Source: Psammoneis japonica (Eukaryota). Taken from it: a stretch of 64,000 bases of DNA. This document shows, in pieces, positions 1 to 11,400 of this stretch. The notes beneath the pieces are model-generated. The model saw only the letters and a program-made list of their open reading frames with translations. It did not search any database and was not told where the DNA came from. The position numbers and the translations under genes were made by a program. The stretch spans positions 62,001 to 126,000 of the forward strand of contig QPGO01000123.1 of the NCBI GenBank assembly GCA_008632985.1. Direction: 5' to 3'. Positions within the stretch are counted from its first letter, which is position 1, and the number at the start of each line of letters is the position of its first letter.

Positions 1-274
1 ATATACCTCATACTTTGTTGGTCTCAATATCAGTACCGGTATGCAGTATAGCACAACAAAACGAATATGTAAAGGAGAGCTAAAGTTTAGCTACAGTCCG
101 TTAGATAAGAAAAGATAGAATTAGAAATTGTCTTTCATTGCGTCTGTCAGCCATTCCATTCGTCACAGCGCACCTGCACCCAATGCGATAGCGAAAAGCC
201 CTACTACCGGTATCCTGACGCCTCACGGATGATGATGTTCTGCCTCTTGCAATTTATTATACTGCTCAAGCTTT

Positions 275-1507
275 TTAACACGCATTGGCCACCGGGACAT
301 TCAACACATCTAAGGATGAGTTGCAGTTTGAAATGTAGTTTGCATCTGGGAATCCGTGTGGGCCACCTTGAAGAGAAGTTTTGTGATGTATCGAAGCCCA
401 AGTGACAGCGTTGTCAGCACCGGATGTAAGAGACGTCCCCACTCGAAATGTCAAACCGTGAGTCCATGCATATTTCAATCGTAAAAGCAACTGCCGACCT
501 TCGTCATTGTTGGGGAGATAGGCTGTACGTACAGTGCCGTTGAATCTATGACCCGGATTCTCGTGATAGGAGCGTTGGTTGCCCGAGGGAATGTCGTACG
601 TGATCTCAATAGCCTTGGTATGCGGAAACCCCGGACAGTCCATACGTGTCATGGTGATGCTCATTTCACCCGAGGGGCTCTTCCCTTGCGGTTCCCCAAT
701 GGGTATGCGGCATGCGGGGCATTTCACGTCGTGATTGAGGTAGTCAAGGATGCATTTCGAGTGAAACGCGTGTGCACAGCCCTGAACATGCACAAACCGC
801 TGCTGAGAGAGAGGTTCCATACAAATGAGACAGTCCCCGGAGGCTCCTGAAGCATTCGATGATGGTGGCCTTAAACATCCCGTCACGGCGGTGCTTGTTG
901 CAAAGGATTCTGGAGCTGAATAATTGATTGTCTCGTTACGAACAGCGTTGGCCGGAACTGGTACCGGCGGTGGTAGTGGCGAGGTCGTGTTGGAGTTCGT
1001 GCCGACTTGAGAATCAGAAGAAGGTGCTTTTAGCACATCCAGCACATTGTTGCAGACTGCAATGTAATTGCTGTCTGGCCATCCACACTGGCCGCCCTCC
1101 AGAGATGTTTTGTGAGGGACTTGGGCCCAGATCAGAACATCTTGCTCTCCCGTTGTCTGAGACGTGCCAATGTCGAAAATGAGGCCCCGAGACCAGGCGT
1201 GCTTGAAGCGATCGAGAAGTTTGCGGCCTTCGCTCGTGTTGGGAAGGTACGCCTTGCGTGTGGATCCAGCGAAGGGGTTCCCAGGATTCTCGTGGTACGC
1301 GTGTTGAATTCCGGATGGAATTTCGTACGTAATCTCGATTGTCTTGGATTTCGGAGTGCTTGGGAAACTTTTTTTCTTGGTCACTCGTACAATCATTGTT
1401 CCCGATGGTGAAAGGCCACTGGTGGAAGAGCCTGCTGCATCAAGACTGGGAGGAGCAAAGTACGGGATCTTCTCCGAGCGATTGGCAAACGAAATGGAAC
1501 GTAGCAT
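275..1507 (-). CDS. Deltex-like E3 ubiquitin ligase, DTC-RING(H2)-DTC architecture
   Basis: ORF 275..1528, first ATG at 1507. RING-H2 CLIC...CAHAFHSKC...CPAC. Two Deltex C-terminal domain copies (SPSGxM, IxYxIPSGxQxxYHENPG, RxAYLP, IGTSxTxG, HKTSLxGG, PDxNY). Confidence 0.9.
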   Translation of the reverse strand: MLRSISFANRSEKIPYFAPPSLDAAGSSTSGLSPSGTMIVRVTKKKSFPSTPKSKTIEITYEIPSGIQHAYHENPGNPFAGSTRKAYLPNTSEGRKLLDRFKHAWSRGLIFDIGTSQTTGEQDVLIWAQVPHKTSLEGGQCGWPDSNYIAVCNNVLDVLKAPSSDSQVGTNSNTTSPLPPPVPVPANAVRNETINYSAPESFATSTAVTGCLRPPSSNASGASGDCLICMEPLSQQRFVHVQGCAHAFHSKCILDYLNHDVKCPACRIPIGEPQGKSPSGEMSITMTRMDCPGFPHTKAIEITYDIPSGNQRSYHENPGHRFNGTVRTAYLPNNDEGRQLLLRLKYAWTHGLTFRVGTSLTSGADNAVTWASIHHKTSLQGGPHGFPDANYISNCNSSLDVLNVPVANAC

Positions 1508-1822
1508 GGTCGTTGTCTGTTCTGACAAAGCCGATTTCAGCCTGGTCTCGCTTCAGAAAATAATGAACGCGAGATTTGCTTTCATATCTTTTTTTGAGTC
1601 GTGCCGACAAAGCTCCGGAAGATATCTTCCAAGAAAATTCTGACACCAGGGCTTAATTGTTGACGATAAATTCTGACAGTCGGTCATACTGTAAGTAATC
1701 ATCACCTCGTGCGTACGCGTCATAGGCAACTCAAAAAGATTTGAGTCGTGCCGGGAAATCGAGCAAAGATTGCAGGAATTCCAGATATCGCCTCATTTCT
1801 TCGTCTCTCTTCCTTTTGAAAG

Positions 1823-4674
1823 ATGCGGCTACCTTCTATTTCCCGTCTACATGGTCTAGCAGTGTTGCTCTGTACAGGCACTTTGGTTCATTCTAGGGTG
1901 CTTCAAGCCGATGAAAGGAGACGAGTCTTCATCCCTGGTCTTTTCGATGCCAAGAACTTTGGCTGGGGCGAGGAGGTGAGTCGAAATTAATGTGTTCTGA
2001 TAATCACGCTTTCCTATCTCGAGCAACGTCTCTCACGCCACAGTCTTTTTCTCTTCTCTATCGAAAGATCTTTAATGTCACAGTTTCTCTCATTAACAAT
2101 CACACGGATGCATGGTATGACGACATCTTTAGCGACGGAACGGAGATTGATTGGATGGTTGCGGACGCTGGATGCGATGCCACGGTTGCCTCGCGGGCAT
2201 ACTGGGATCTGAGGTCTGAAAACAATGGCACCAAACCACACGGAGTGGCAGGCTGTCGTTGCTCCAGTGCCTCCATTGCTGTGGCCATGATTGCCGGATT
2301 GGAGGGTGTTCCTCAAATGTCACCCAGCTCCACATCGGCGAGGCTCAGTGACGTACAAGACTTTCCATTCTTCTCTCGAGTTGTTTCATCCCAAGAGACC
2401 GAAGCGCTGGTATCTATGCTTCGATCCTTTGGATGGGACCGCGTAACAATCCTTGCGACTGACACGCAATACGCAGTTGACCAGATGAACGAGTTTCAGA
2501 GTTTGTGGGTTGGTAAGCACGACGATGAATCCGGTGTTTGGGATGGGGAGATATCGTATTCCCATACAATCGGTCTCCTTACCGATGGCTCCATCGATCC
2601 CGATTCAGTTCAACAAGCACTTGATGGTGTCCCCACGGACGACCCATCCATAAACTCAAGAGCAATCCTTCTCCTAGGCCATGATCAGCACGTGTTTCCT
2701 ATTCTCAAGATTGCTGCCGAATCAAGCTTCCAACCTGACACTATCTGGATTGGCACGCAGTCATGGATCAACCGCTCCCCTCCAGACGGCGACATGTCAT
2801 GGTTTCCCAGGTTTCCGGGCTACATTGGCCTCACTCCCTTTAGGAATCGCAACTCGCACTATCAAGATTATCTTAGCCGCCTCAACGATGTTCGCATCAA
2901 GAATGGAAGGAAGCCCTGGGATGAATTACCAGACTACGCTGCGGAGACCTTGGTTGATTCTATTTTGGCCATGGCCATGGCTCTGTCGAGAGTTCCGCAG
3001 GAAGGTCGTCTAGATGGTCATCTCGTTACAAAGGAGCTTCTTAACCTTTCCTTTAATGGCGTCAGTGGGCCTGTGAGCTTCACCGCCGAGGGAGATCGAC
3101 GCGATCCACGTTTCACGATATTCAATTTGCAACCAAGTGAGTCGAATGACTTGGAGTTCTCGTGGGTCGACGTTGGTATTGCCACAACAAGAGTTGGAGA
3201 GTCAAGTCCCGATAGGGAAAGCATTTGTTTTGCAGTGGCCGGATGCAGTCTTGATGAATTTCCCGACGACTCCTACCCCATCCCAGATGACCCTCCTTCT
3301 CCGTTACTCTATGTGATTATTCCCGTTGCGGTCATTCTTCTCATTGTGTTCGCTTTGTACTGTCGCACAAGAAGGAAGAAAAGGCTTTTGAAGGAGAGTA
3401 TGACAGATTTACAGAAACAGATGGAAAAAATGAATCAAATCGATGGAGAGCTTATTGACATTGACGAACAGGTTGCTGAAGCCAAGAAGCGACAGGCGCT
3501 GCTTATCCTCCAACGTGCAGAGCTTCAGGAAACGCCCGACACATGGTCGGATTCATTGCGCACCGTCGTGGAAGTCCCTCCCGAGGATGAGCAGTATTGG
3601 ACAGTTCTGGATCGCATGAGGAAATCCATGGACAACGTCCATATCTCTAAGCTCTGGCGTATCCAAAACACGTCGCTATGGTCGTACTATTCGTTTCATA
3701 AGGATCGTCTCCTTACTCATGGAACTGATCATGGAGAACGACACGTTTGGCATGGAACGTCCAGTCTAGATCCGTCAGTCATCTATAACGACCAGCAGGA
3801 TGGATTCATGATGCAGTTCGCCGCCGAGGGCTTCTGGGGTCGTGGAATATACTTCGCAGACAAGGCAGATTATTCTTCGCACTATTCTTTCACACCATCA
3901 TCAGGCTCAATTGCTTCATCTTTGTTTTGCTCTAGTTCAAACTCTCGTCCTGCCGGTCGCAAAGACGAGCGCGAGATGTTCTTGGCGAAGCTTCTTGTCG
4001 GGAAAGATGTCCTCTTGGATCGCGACGTTAGTTCAGCAAAAGCTTCCGAATACCGCAAACTCACTGTTCCTCCCACGGACAACAGAACAGGTCTGAAGTA
4101 CAACACGGTCACAGGCCACACAGGTGGCTCCCAGGTTTGGATAGTCTATGGTGCGACCTCGTTGTTCGTGAAACTCTCCCCGAATGAATGTGAATTTCTG
4201 ACTGATTGCATTGCCTTGTCTCATCGCCGCAACACAGAGAATGGAAGAGCCTACCCAGACTATCTCGTAAGGTACTACGTCGGTGATAGAGACCCAAATC
4301 GCTCTCCCTACGAGTCTATGCAAGAAGCATGCAAGAATAAGCAAGTGCCCGAGAGTGCTGTCGATGATCTCAATGCCGCGGAAATGGGCATCAAACGCTT
4401 CACCTCGAGTAGTGCAAGCACCGGTAGCAGCAGCGGAAGCTCTGACTACACATGGGAGTATCTCGACAACTCAGGATGGAAAGCATACTCGGCTTCACAT
4501 CAGTCGATTATTGAGCAGGCGTACCAGGACTTTACTTCGAACAACGACCCATCATGTGTGGTGCAGATTCAAAGTGATTCTTGGATCTATGAGGTTGATT
4601 TGTCACTCCTTCGTCAGACAAATACGGAGCATCCGGGTCATAGGCAACGCGATGTGAGGAGAAGGGTACTTTGA
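1823..4674 (+). CDS. Single-pass receptor: signal peptide, ANF-receptor/Venus-flytrap ectodomain, TM helix, coiled coil, PARP-family ADP-ribosyltransferase, C-terminal WWE domain
   Basis: Predicted exons 1823-1975, 2068-4150, 4238-4674 (GT-AG introns 1976-2067 and 4151-4237; the second restores QVWIVY-ENGRAYP). VFT motifs VAGCRCSSAS, VPQMSPSSTSARLS, FPFFSRV, FGWDRV, FNGVSGPVSF. TM LLYVIIPVAVILLIVFALYC. PARP motifs RIQN, WHGTS, GRGIYFA, AYPDY. WWE WEYLDNSGWKAY...IEQAY...YEVDL...RDVRR. Confidence 0.88.
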
Positions 4675-5402
4675 TCTCATCCTCCACGTGGTAAATTCCA
4701 TTGCTGTGGACCCATTGCGCAGTTGGCAAAAACCCCGGTCTGCGGTTTGTGCATGTACCTAACACTTGCTTACGTTGTAGACTGTCCATTTTAAATAAGA
4801 CATGCATGAGTGCAGCTCTGTATTCCTGTGATGCAAGAACATGGTACCAGCACATTCAGCCTCGGCATTGCCACCATCCCTCCTCGCCGAATGATCATTG
4901 CAACTCTTTAGGGCCCCTCTCTAGAGTAGAGCTAGTAGATATTCTATTCAGCTTTGGCTTATTGGCTTTCAGAACGCAAGCAATCGCAAGCGTCAAAGCG
5001 AGCATTTAGAGAGAGCATAGCTACCGTAGCTACTCTTTAGAGAGCTAGATAGCAGTCTCAAAGTTACTTATCAGCAGGAGCGCCTAAGACGCATAGATGA
5101 TCTATGCGTGTTGCTATTCTCTACGGTATTCTCATAAATCAAACGTACTTGTACTCTTCGCCATGGCGTTTGGTAACGGACTGCTGCTCTACTTTAAGAG
5201 ATAGATAGTCATCGTTTGGCTGGGACCTGGTTCAATTCATTGGTGTCTCTCTTTGATTTTGCGCCTCTAGATTGTTTCACGCATTGATGATTTTGGGAAT
5301 GAAACTTTTTTGAAAAGTGTGCTTCATCGATCTCTGCCTTCCGACTCGATTAGATCAAGCGCCGCTTTTCTTATCCTCTCCATTGCCTACTGATACTAAA
5401 AG

Positions 5403-6266
5403 ATGAAGACTCTTACAGAGGAAGCACTGGGAGGCTTCTCTGCCGGCGTGGTCGGAACAGTGATTGGCTTTCCTCTCGACACCATCAAGGCTCGCCAACA
5501 AGTGCTGCAGTCGGGCAAAAGTATTGTCGGTACCGCCTCCACAATTTTTCGGCAAGAAGGCATTCTCGCGTTTTACCGAGGCCTTGTTCCTCCTCTACTT
5601 TCGCTCAGCATTCTCAACACGCTGAATTTTACCTCTTATGCATACTTTCAAACTAAATTCAAGGCGCAACGAGGTTGGGATGCAAAGAATGCTCTTGCTG
5701 GAGCTCTGGTTGGACCGCTCGCTTCGACGGTTTCCACGGTTGAAAATGTCATCAAGACTCAAGTGCAACTCGACAATGTGACTGCAAAACGCTATCAAGG
5801 AAGCTGGGATTGCGTAAAAGTGCTAATCAAAGAAAACAAGCCCACCGTATTGTACTCAGGTCATGCGGTCAACACCGCTCGAGAAATGGTCTTTATCTCA
5901 ACGTATTTTGGAGTCTATGAAGGCATTCGTCAGGAGCTTGCACATTGGCATCACGCGCGAGGCGATCCAGAAATCAATCAATGGGCCATTCCCACCGCGG
6001 GCGGGTTGGCGGGAGCCATTGCGTGGGCCGTGAGCTTTCCGCTCGATTGTGTTCGAGCGGGTGTGCAAGGGCAAGATTTTTCCAAACCACGAAAATCGGC
6101 CGTGCAGGTGTTTCAGAACTTAATGGCAACCAAGGGAATAGGAGGACTCTATTCGGGTGTAACGCCCAGCATTGTGAGAGCCTTTTTGGTTTCTGGGAGT
6201 CGCTTTTCTGCATATGAGGGAGCTCTGTGGCTGCTGCGAGGAGGTCGCGATAACAAGCATGATTGA
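5403..6266 (+). CDS. Mitochondrial carrier family (SLC25) protein, carnitine/ornithine-carrier-like
   Basis: Three carrier repeats with Px(D/E)xx(K/R) signatures (FPLDTIK, TVENVIK, FPLDCVR) and FYRG/LYSG motifs; 287 aa. Confidence 0.9.
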   Translation: MKTLTEEALGGFSAGVVGTVIGFPLDTIKARQQVLQSGKSIVGTASTIFRQEGILAFYRGLVPPLLSLSILNTLNFTSYAYFQTKFKAQRGWDAKNALAGALVGPLASTVSTVENVIKTQVQLDNVTAKRYQGSWDCVKVLIKENKPTVLYSGHAVNTAREMVFISTYFGVYEGIRQELAHWHHARGDPEINQWAIPTAGGLAGAIAWAVSFPLDCVRAGVQGQDFSKPRKSAVQVFQNLMATKGIGGLYSGVTPSIVRAFLVSGSRFSAYEGALWLLRGGRDNKHD

Positions 6267-6918
6267 TTCTCTACGGTTGGTGATTCATGTTGGCTATAGT
6301 CAGAGAGGATAGATGTGTGTAGGAGGAAAACGCTCTTAATCAGGAAAGACCCGCCTGAGGCGATTGGAACGGCAGCAGCCTTTGTTCCCAATAAAAGTGC
6401 AGCAAACTGACTGGCGGAAGTGCAGCAAACTGACTGGCGGTAGGCTTGCAGTACAATTTTGTTGATCCGGACAAAGGAATCACATGATTGTGACAGCACG
6501 TGAGCGGCCTTTCAATGAACCTTATAGAATTACCATATTTTTTATTTTATTCGCAACGCCGCCTCTTTTTCCTTTTCGGCATTCGCTGCTACATAGCCAC
6601 GGACTTGTCTCAAACTCATAAAAAGCACCCTCACGCGACGCTCTTCATTTAAGTTTTGAGACAAAGCTTGAAACCGAGAAAGGCGGTAAGATTACATCGA
6701 GGGTTGCCAGTAGATACTTGGCATGGACCCATCCCTTTTGCACATGTAGTCGACAAGGACGGCATGGGCGCCTGAGCATTTGAATCGCACATGATGATCT
6801 CTATCTAGGTACTCTTACGTGGTCACACATTGAAACGCGCCTCTAATAAACTTTGTGACAAGAGATCAGGTTGATTTTTTTCCTTTTCTATGTGTTTTCA
6901 ACATACACTTGTTTTTTC

Positions 6919-8170
6919 TCATAGCACGACAGGCCATTTGTAGTTCTCCATCAGCGCTTTGCCATTTAGAAGGTCACAGTAAACACCATGTGCAATTGCA
7001 TGTAGTGTATTCGTCTCATTTGTAAAGTTTTGATTCGGCTGCATTGGAATACCTAAACACTCACCCCCCTGCTTTGCTACTGAATGATGCAAGTATTCGT
7101 TGTTAAAAAAGGTACGTACTGCAGTGAAGTTGAGCGGTGACGACTTCAATCCACAAGCATCGAGTTCATGGCCAATTCGAGTGATCTCCCCAACAGGATC
7201 ACGCGCTATCGCATTCTTGCTAGCGAGAAATGGAAAGAGAGAAGCGAAGATAGAGGTTAAAGTGCCACAATGGAGATTAAAGGGCAAATGATTTGACCAA
7301 AGTTTTGACACACCTGGTAATCACTCGACATAGCTCTCTGGAGTTCTCGACAGCCATGCGATTGTACCATATCCACAATTTCAAAGAGTGCTCAAAATCG
7401 AGATTATTTCGTTTGCGACAGAGAAAGAGCCACCTCGAGTGGATCTCTAAAGGTGAAAAGCACAGCCGGAGTCGGCTGATGAAACACATTTAGCCAGCTT
7501 TTCAACGTAATGCAAATCCTGGGATCCTTGAGTAACCATTTCGCGTTTCGTCTCGTAGAATCTTTGTATGCCCACACTACTGAATTGAGGCTTTGGTAAT
7601 AGAGGTCAGTCTTGTTGACGGTACAAGTATTGGGTGAAATGCATGCTTGGGTCTCGTCATACCGACCATGCACGACACTGCCGTCATTGCCCATTGTGCG
7701 CATGCTGAGAGTGTCCCACGTCATTCCCTGCTCTTGGAGCCAAACATTGTTTTGTCTGATGACATGGCCGTTCTCAAAGAACCTAATGGGTTTTCTTCAT
7801 TCGCTCCTATCAGTGGTCCTGGTACATCATATGATAAACCTTGGACGAGCAAGCCTGACAATAGAGAAGTTCCCGACCGGTGCATGCCAAGAATTATCAA
7901 CCCAGGCGGCGTCGGCTTCTTGGCCTTGGCTACGATAGTCTGAGTTAGGTTGCGAAACTCTGAGTTTTTCCTCTCGTGTGTAAGGGTGTAATTACGTGTA
8001 GAATACAGGGAATCCTCCCCGTGTTTATGGGCAGCTTCGAGTTGGAAAGGGATTATACATGCGTGCAATGCAACAAAAATAAGGACTGCAACATTTAGGT
8101 AGCGCAATCGCATGTAAGATTGCATCCATCGCACTGTTCCTCTCCTTCTTTTAGCTTTGATGCTTGTCAT
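6919..8170 (-). CDS. Type II membrane sulfotransferase-like protein, frameshifted (assembly error or pseudogene)
   Basis: ATG 8170, N-terminal TM segment, PAPS-binding loop ILGMHRSGTS, then LLKDPR and FRDPLEVALSL in other frames. Apparent frameshifts near 7780 and 7420; probable intron ~7222-7313. Confidence 0.65.
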
Positions 8171-8479
8171 TTCAGCAATTCGTATGAGAAGATAGACTTC
8201 TTCATATCCAGGGAAAGTCACATTGTTGGTTCTGGCGCAGAGTCGGATGATCACAGAAGATAAGGAGAGCAACGTGGGATCACCAAGAATCAACCAAGAG
8301 TCAACTCAACGCTCGCTCGCGGCGCTCAAGCACGCGCTCGATTTTTTCATGAAGAGGTCGTTGTATTACGTAGATTCCTACGAGGGTTACAGTACACCGG
8401 GTCATTGTAGGCAGGTAGGACCGAAGCGACGAACCACGTTGCTTTGTCGAACCGCCATGGCGGTCAAGGGACAATCACA

Positions 8480-11400
8480 TTGACATGACACTGCCACTTC
8501 CAATGACCAAGTGAGAGAAATCCATTTATCTAAGCGACTGTGCAAGCAATGTGATGTCATTCTCTCTTTGATGGACCCAGCAACGAGTGCCCATTTCTCA
8601 AAAAACGAGGGCGGCTCAGTTGTCAGTGGCCGGGCGGCTGCAAGAATTCTTTGTTGTGAGTCACCATCAATTCAAGCATGACCCACATGGGAGTGACCAT
8701 CACCAAATGGCAATGATTGTCACTGCCTGGGGATGCTCTGCCTGCAGCAATTGAAGACCTTCCTCGGAACAAGCAAAGGTTCGGGGAGCCTTTCTCAAAT
8801 GATTTTTGAGCTGGCGACTCGAAACATGTCATCTCTCCATGATGTCAGCTAATCACTGAAACTGTCAAAACAAATTTTCTGCAACACCAATGACCAAAAC
8901 TCCAGCTGAGTGCATGAGGAAATGGGGGCCTCCAAAGTGAGAGGATGAGGCTGGAAGAGTGCAAAAGAAAGGTCGTCAGCTTGAAGGCCATGCATCAAGA
9001 GAGGAAGAAGCAAAAGGGATCTCACATGCCTTGGCCATGCTCAAGGTGCTTGTGGAGACCAAAAGGATGAGCACAAAGACAGTTTGAGCCAAGGGAACAA
9101 AAGGCGAGAGCTTTGAAGTGCTGTTGAAAAGTTCTCTTCCAGATTCACCGTCAGCAACATCATGCTTCTAATGGGCTGCTGCCTTCATTGTGGTCAACTT
9201 CTTTGATCAACACATCTGGAATCAGTTTCATTTTGCATGCACCACACACAGCAAGCATTGCATGAGTGAGTGGGGCTTTCACCACTCATCTGCTCTTTTG
9301 GGGCATCCAGCTGGACACCAGGATGAGATGATTCTTGAAACCACTCATGGTCACAACAAAGTCTGTTGATCCATGTCAACACAGGGTGCATGTTGTCAAT
9401 GTTGGCCTCAAACCAATGAGCACTGTGCAGTTGAGGTGATGTGCAAATTTGCACGTGGCACCTTTTAAAAAATCAGTGCTTAAAAAGAAAATCAACACTC
9501 CCTTCTTGAAAACTTTCTGCACTCTGACAAATTTGGAGGCACTGCTTGTGCTCAGGAGAACACAGCAGAACAACAACACAACCATGGCACAAATGCCATT
9601 TGTTGAGCACAATGGAGGTGGTCCATTGTCAAAGTCACTTTGCAAGATTGTCTCAACTGTCATGTTCAACAAACTTGCAAAAAAGAGACTTGGACACCTT
9701 TTGGCCTGCATTGCATTCAACAAATGGCACTTGTGTGCCAGCGCGGGAGGAGCAAACGTTTTCCAAGACAATGTGGCCTTTTTTGTTCTGTGGCTGCCAT
9801 TGAATCACAATCTTTTCCAACAAGGCAAGGCCCACCTCATTTGCAATTCTGGCCTGGTTGGTTGCCTGGACTTTGCCTTCTGAAGATTCTTTGTGCTTGC
9901 AGAGAGGTGCACGACATTTTGAAGTGGCTGCAACCAGCGCTGACATTTCCACCATTTCTCAAGCCTTGCTTCATCTGCTGGGTCAGTGGGAAGGAGAGAC
10001 TTGTGCTGAGGCAAGGCCTCCTTGAGAAATTCAATCATTGCAAGTGACTGACACAACTGAGTGATGCTGCCAGAAATGTGGTCTTTGTTGCACTCCAGGG
10101 GCTGGCACTTGCTTTTGTTTTTGCCTTTGGCAAGGACAATGTGGATTGTTTTACATGGAACAGACTTCGTGGCAAGTGCCACATGGATTGGCCATGTGCA
10201 TGATGACCTCCAGCAACCACAAAGCTCAAAATTGATGCATCAGTCTTCTTGCTGCACCAAAGAGGAATCATCAGGAGTGCTCTCAGTCCTGGCTGGCAAA
10301 ATGGCGCGCTTTCACATTTGCCAAAGCTCACGCAATTTCCATCTTAACTGGCACAGTGTCCCCTCATGATTGCAGAATCACCATCTTTGGGAAATTTGCT
10401 CGCACTGTGTCACCCACTGGAATCTCCTTGGTGCCTTGCTTCCAACTCAGATCAAGCACACTGCCATGGGACCCTGACTCCATTCCAGAGATTGCTCCAC
10501 TCCCCAACAAGTTGCCTGCTTGCATCGTGCAACCTGTTGCAGAATGATGCACAAGTTGTCAAGCCACATTCCAACACATGTGCTTCAAGTTGGATCAAGC
10601 AATCATGGCAGGCTCTGCTGACAGTCGGAAGCCTTGGCTCCAATGAATGGCTTGACATCAGCCAAATGCCAAATGCACAAACAGCAGGTCAAAAAACTGA
10701 CAAAAATGAAGAAGTCAATGGCAACAGGTGGCATTTTCAGTTTGCACCAAGCAATGGGTCCAAGAGTCTAATGTGGTTCACTGGTTCACTGCGGGAGTTG
10801 CAGGCAGAAATGAGCAATGACTCTTTTGTGCATCCAAAAACATGTGGAAAGACACCACACCTTTGGTTTGCAGCCAGACAGTCACCCGCACAGCCACAAC
10901 AGCAAGGGGAGGGCAGGTGTCTCAGTCAGAAGATTCAAGCCTTTTTGAGATTTCCAACAGCTCTGCATCTCTTGGCACACAGGGCTCATTCAAACTAAGA
11001 GTGGTGCAGAGTTCTGCCACATTTTCTAGTTTGCTTCATCAGCTGTGAAAATCAATCATTGTCTTCTTCTCTCAACTCTTGGATTCTTTTGAAAGCAAAT
11101 TCAGTGCAACAAGTTCAACTTTTGGACTGCTGCCAATGTGATTTTTATTCATCAGACCTGGAAAGAGGTGCATCGCCCAATCTGAAGTCTTGTCTTGCTT
11201 GCTCAGGAAATGCTGCCTCCCACTGGAGGCAGCGATGGCAGCTTCAACTTGATCAGCATCAAAATTCTCATCTGATTTTGTGGATGCTGCATTGGTGCCT
11301 TGCTCCTCATTGTTCAGGCTTTGCATCTCAGAAAGTTTTGTTGGCAGTCTCTCGTGTGCACTTTGATGCCGGCTGAAACACCAACACAATGCCAGCAACA

